DNA of 32,000 nucleotides from Sinorhizobium meliloti (GTDB lineage Bacteria; Pseudomonadota; Alphaproteobacteria; Rhizobiales; Rhizobiaceae). Positions 30,673 through 32,000 of this stretch are shown one piece after another. Both the position numbers and the translations under genes were made by a program. The notes under the pieces were generated by a model. That model did not search any database, had not been told where the DNA came from, and saw nothing but the letters and a program-made list of their open reading frames with translations. The DNA is taken from NCBI RefSeq assembly GCF_017876815.1, contig NZ_JAGIOS010000002.1, positions 120,001-152,000 of the forward strand, written 5' to 3'. Positions within the stretch are counted from its first letter, which is position 1, and every line of letters begins with the position of its first letter.

Positions 30673-32000
30673 TGGAACTGCCAAATCCCGATCCCCGGCC
30701 CGAAGGCGAGGTCCGCGAACTGGAGCGCATCTGGGCGACGCCGCGCGGTTGGCGGCTGGTGACGGCTGTCAACAATACGGTGATCGGTCTTCTCTATCTC
30801 GGCGTCGCGTTTCTCTTCTTCCTGATGGCCGGTCTGCTGGCCGTCGTGATGCGCACGCAGCTCGCCCTCGGCGACAATCGCCTCGTCGACCAGGACCTCT
30901 ACAATCAGATGTTCACGGTCCATGGCACGACGATGATGTTCCTCTTTGCGGTGCCGGCGGTCGAGGCGCTCGGCGTCATGCTGCTGCCGCAGATGCTGGC
31001 GGCGCGCGACTTGCCCTTTCCGCGCCTCAGCGCCTTCGCCATCTGGGCCTACGTGGTCGGCGGGCTGGTCTTCTTCTCGACCATCTTCTACGACCTCGCG
31101 CCGAAAGGCGGCTGGTTCATGTATCCGCCGCTGACGCTCATGGAGTATTCGCCGGGTGACAACGCCGATTTCTGGCTGCTCGGCATCGGCTTCATCGAGA
31201 TTTCGGCGATCGCCGGGGCAGTGGAGATCGTCGTTGGCGCGCTGAGGACGCGGCCGCCGGGCATGTCGCTCGCCAAGATGCCGATCTTCGCCTGGACGAT
31301 GCTGATCTTCGCCAGCATGATCATGTTCGCCTTCCCGGCGGTGATCCTGGCGACGATGATGCTGGAGATCGAGCGGGCGTTCGGATGGCCCTTCTTCACA
31401 GCCGCACTCGGGGGAGATCCGCTGCTCTGGCAGCATCTCTTCTGGTTCTTCGGGCACCCGGAAGTCTACATCATCTTCCTTCCGGCCGCGGGCCTCGTCT
31501 CGATGATGGTACCGACGATGGCCCGCACGCCGCTCGTCGGCTATCACCTGATCGTCGTCGCCCTGATCGGCACCGGGTTTTTCAGCTTCGGGCTCTGGGT
31601 GCACCACATGTTCACGACAGGCATTCCGGCGCTGAGCCTCGCCTTCTTCTCCGCCGCCAGCATGGCGGTCGCCGTTCCCTCGGGCATCCAGGTCTTTTCC
31701 TGGATCGCGACCATCGCCGCGGGACGGGAGCGCTTCCGGATCACGACCGCATCGCTGTTCATTCTCGGCTTCCTGTTCATTTTCACCCTTGGAGGGCTTA
31801 CCGGCGTCATGGTGGCCATGGTGCCCTTCGACCATCAGGTACACGACACCTATTTCGTCGTTGCACATTTCCACTACGTGCTGATCGGCGGTTTCGTATT
31901 TCCGCTGTTTGCGGCGATCTATTACTGGATGCCGCTCTTCAGCCGCCGGATGCTCTCGGAACGGCTGGGCCGGTGGGTGTTCTGGCTGATCTTCATCGGC
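30669..32000 (+). CDS. ctaD: Cytochrome c oxidase subunit I (A-type haem-copper oxidase), 3' end outside the window
   Basis: It is absent from the ORF track because the frame has no stop before nt 32000. My manual translation reads MMELPNPDP... and contains TVHGTTMMF (haem a His), WFFGHPEVYIIFLP (CuB His and cross-linked Tyr), WVHHMF and VAHFHYV. Confidence 0.9.
   Translation, partial: MMELPNPDPRPEGEVRELERIWATPRGWRLVTAVNNTVIGLLYLGVAFLFFLMAGLLAVVMRTQLALGDNRLVDQDLYNQMFTVHGTTMMFLFAVPAVEALGVMLLPQMLAARDLPFPRLSAFAIWAYVVGGLVFFSTIFYDLAPKGGWFMYPPLTLMEYSPGDNADFWLLGIGFIEISAIAGAVEIVVGALRTRPPGMSLAKMPIFAWTMLIFASMIMFAFPAVILATMMLEIERAFGWPFFTAALGGDPLLWQHLFWFFGHPEVYIIFLPAAGLVSMMVPTMARTPLVGYHLIVVALIGTGFFSFGLWVHHMFTTGIPALSLAFFSAASMAVAVPSGIQVFSWIATIAAGRERFRITTASLFILGFLFIFTLGGLTGVMVAMVPFDHQVHDTYFVVAHFHYVLIGGFVFPLFAAIYYWMPLFSRRMLSERLGRWVFWLIFIG

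Noticed and set aside
30636-31874. 412-aa ORF antisense to ctaD.
   Set aside because: It is extremely Arg/Glu/Asp/His-rich and of low complexity, and it lies opposite a gene carrying all haem-copper oxidase signatures.
1-32000. Looked for CRISPR arrays, tRNA/rRNA genes, transposases, integrases, phage genes and toxin-antitoxin-sized gene pairs.
   Set aside because: I saw no regularly spaced direct repeats, no cloverleaf-like segments in the intergenic regions, and no ORFs with such signatures. The scan was by eye only, so short or degenerate elements could have been missed.

Overview
High-GC, densely coding DNA that looks alphaproteobacterial (Rhizobiaceae-like, judged from gene content and an interspersed intergenic repeat). 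I saw no rRNA, tRNA, CRISPR array, transposase or phage genes. All homology calls were made by eye from the ORF track and remembered family signatures; nothing was computed.

Gene content, left to right:
- (1) paoABC-type periplasmic aldehyde oxidoreductase; paoA is cut by the window edge.
- (2) On the minus strand, a YtfQRT-YjfF-type sugar ABC transporter operon ending in a PhyH-family dioxygenase, divergent from a LacI-family regulator.
- (3) A hexuronate / unsaturated-uronate block: kduI-kduD-kdgF, then uxaC-dctPQM-gntR, with a divergent Gfo/Idh/MocA oxidoreductase.
- (4) A membrane/stress region: two paralogous YihY/BrkB genes, two DUF2231 genes, a DUF421 gene, a decayed LysR / isochorismatase-like pair, and a small Cys-rich secreted ORF.
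- (5) A DUF2231 gene translationally coupled to a PQQ-type (sorbosone/glucose dehydrogenase family) lipoprotein. It lies divergent from an alternative haem-copper oxidase operon: CtaG-like, membrane-anchored trihaem cytochrome c, CoxII-cytochrome c fusion, a CaCA cation exchanger wedged between subunits II and I, and CoxI running off the window.

Most interesting observations:
- GGAAC-N16-(C)GTT promoter-like motifs of the EcfG/RpoE2 type sit in front of both yihY paralogues and the DUF2231-dehydrogenase operon, and more weakly in front of the oxidase operon. Together with the gene content this suggests a stress-induced periplasmic dehydrogenase -> cytochrome c -> oxidase module with an embedded cation exchanger.
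- Inverted copies of a ~46-nt repeat bracket the kdu operon.
- There are several candidate operators.
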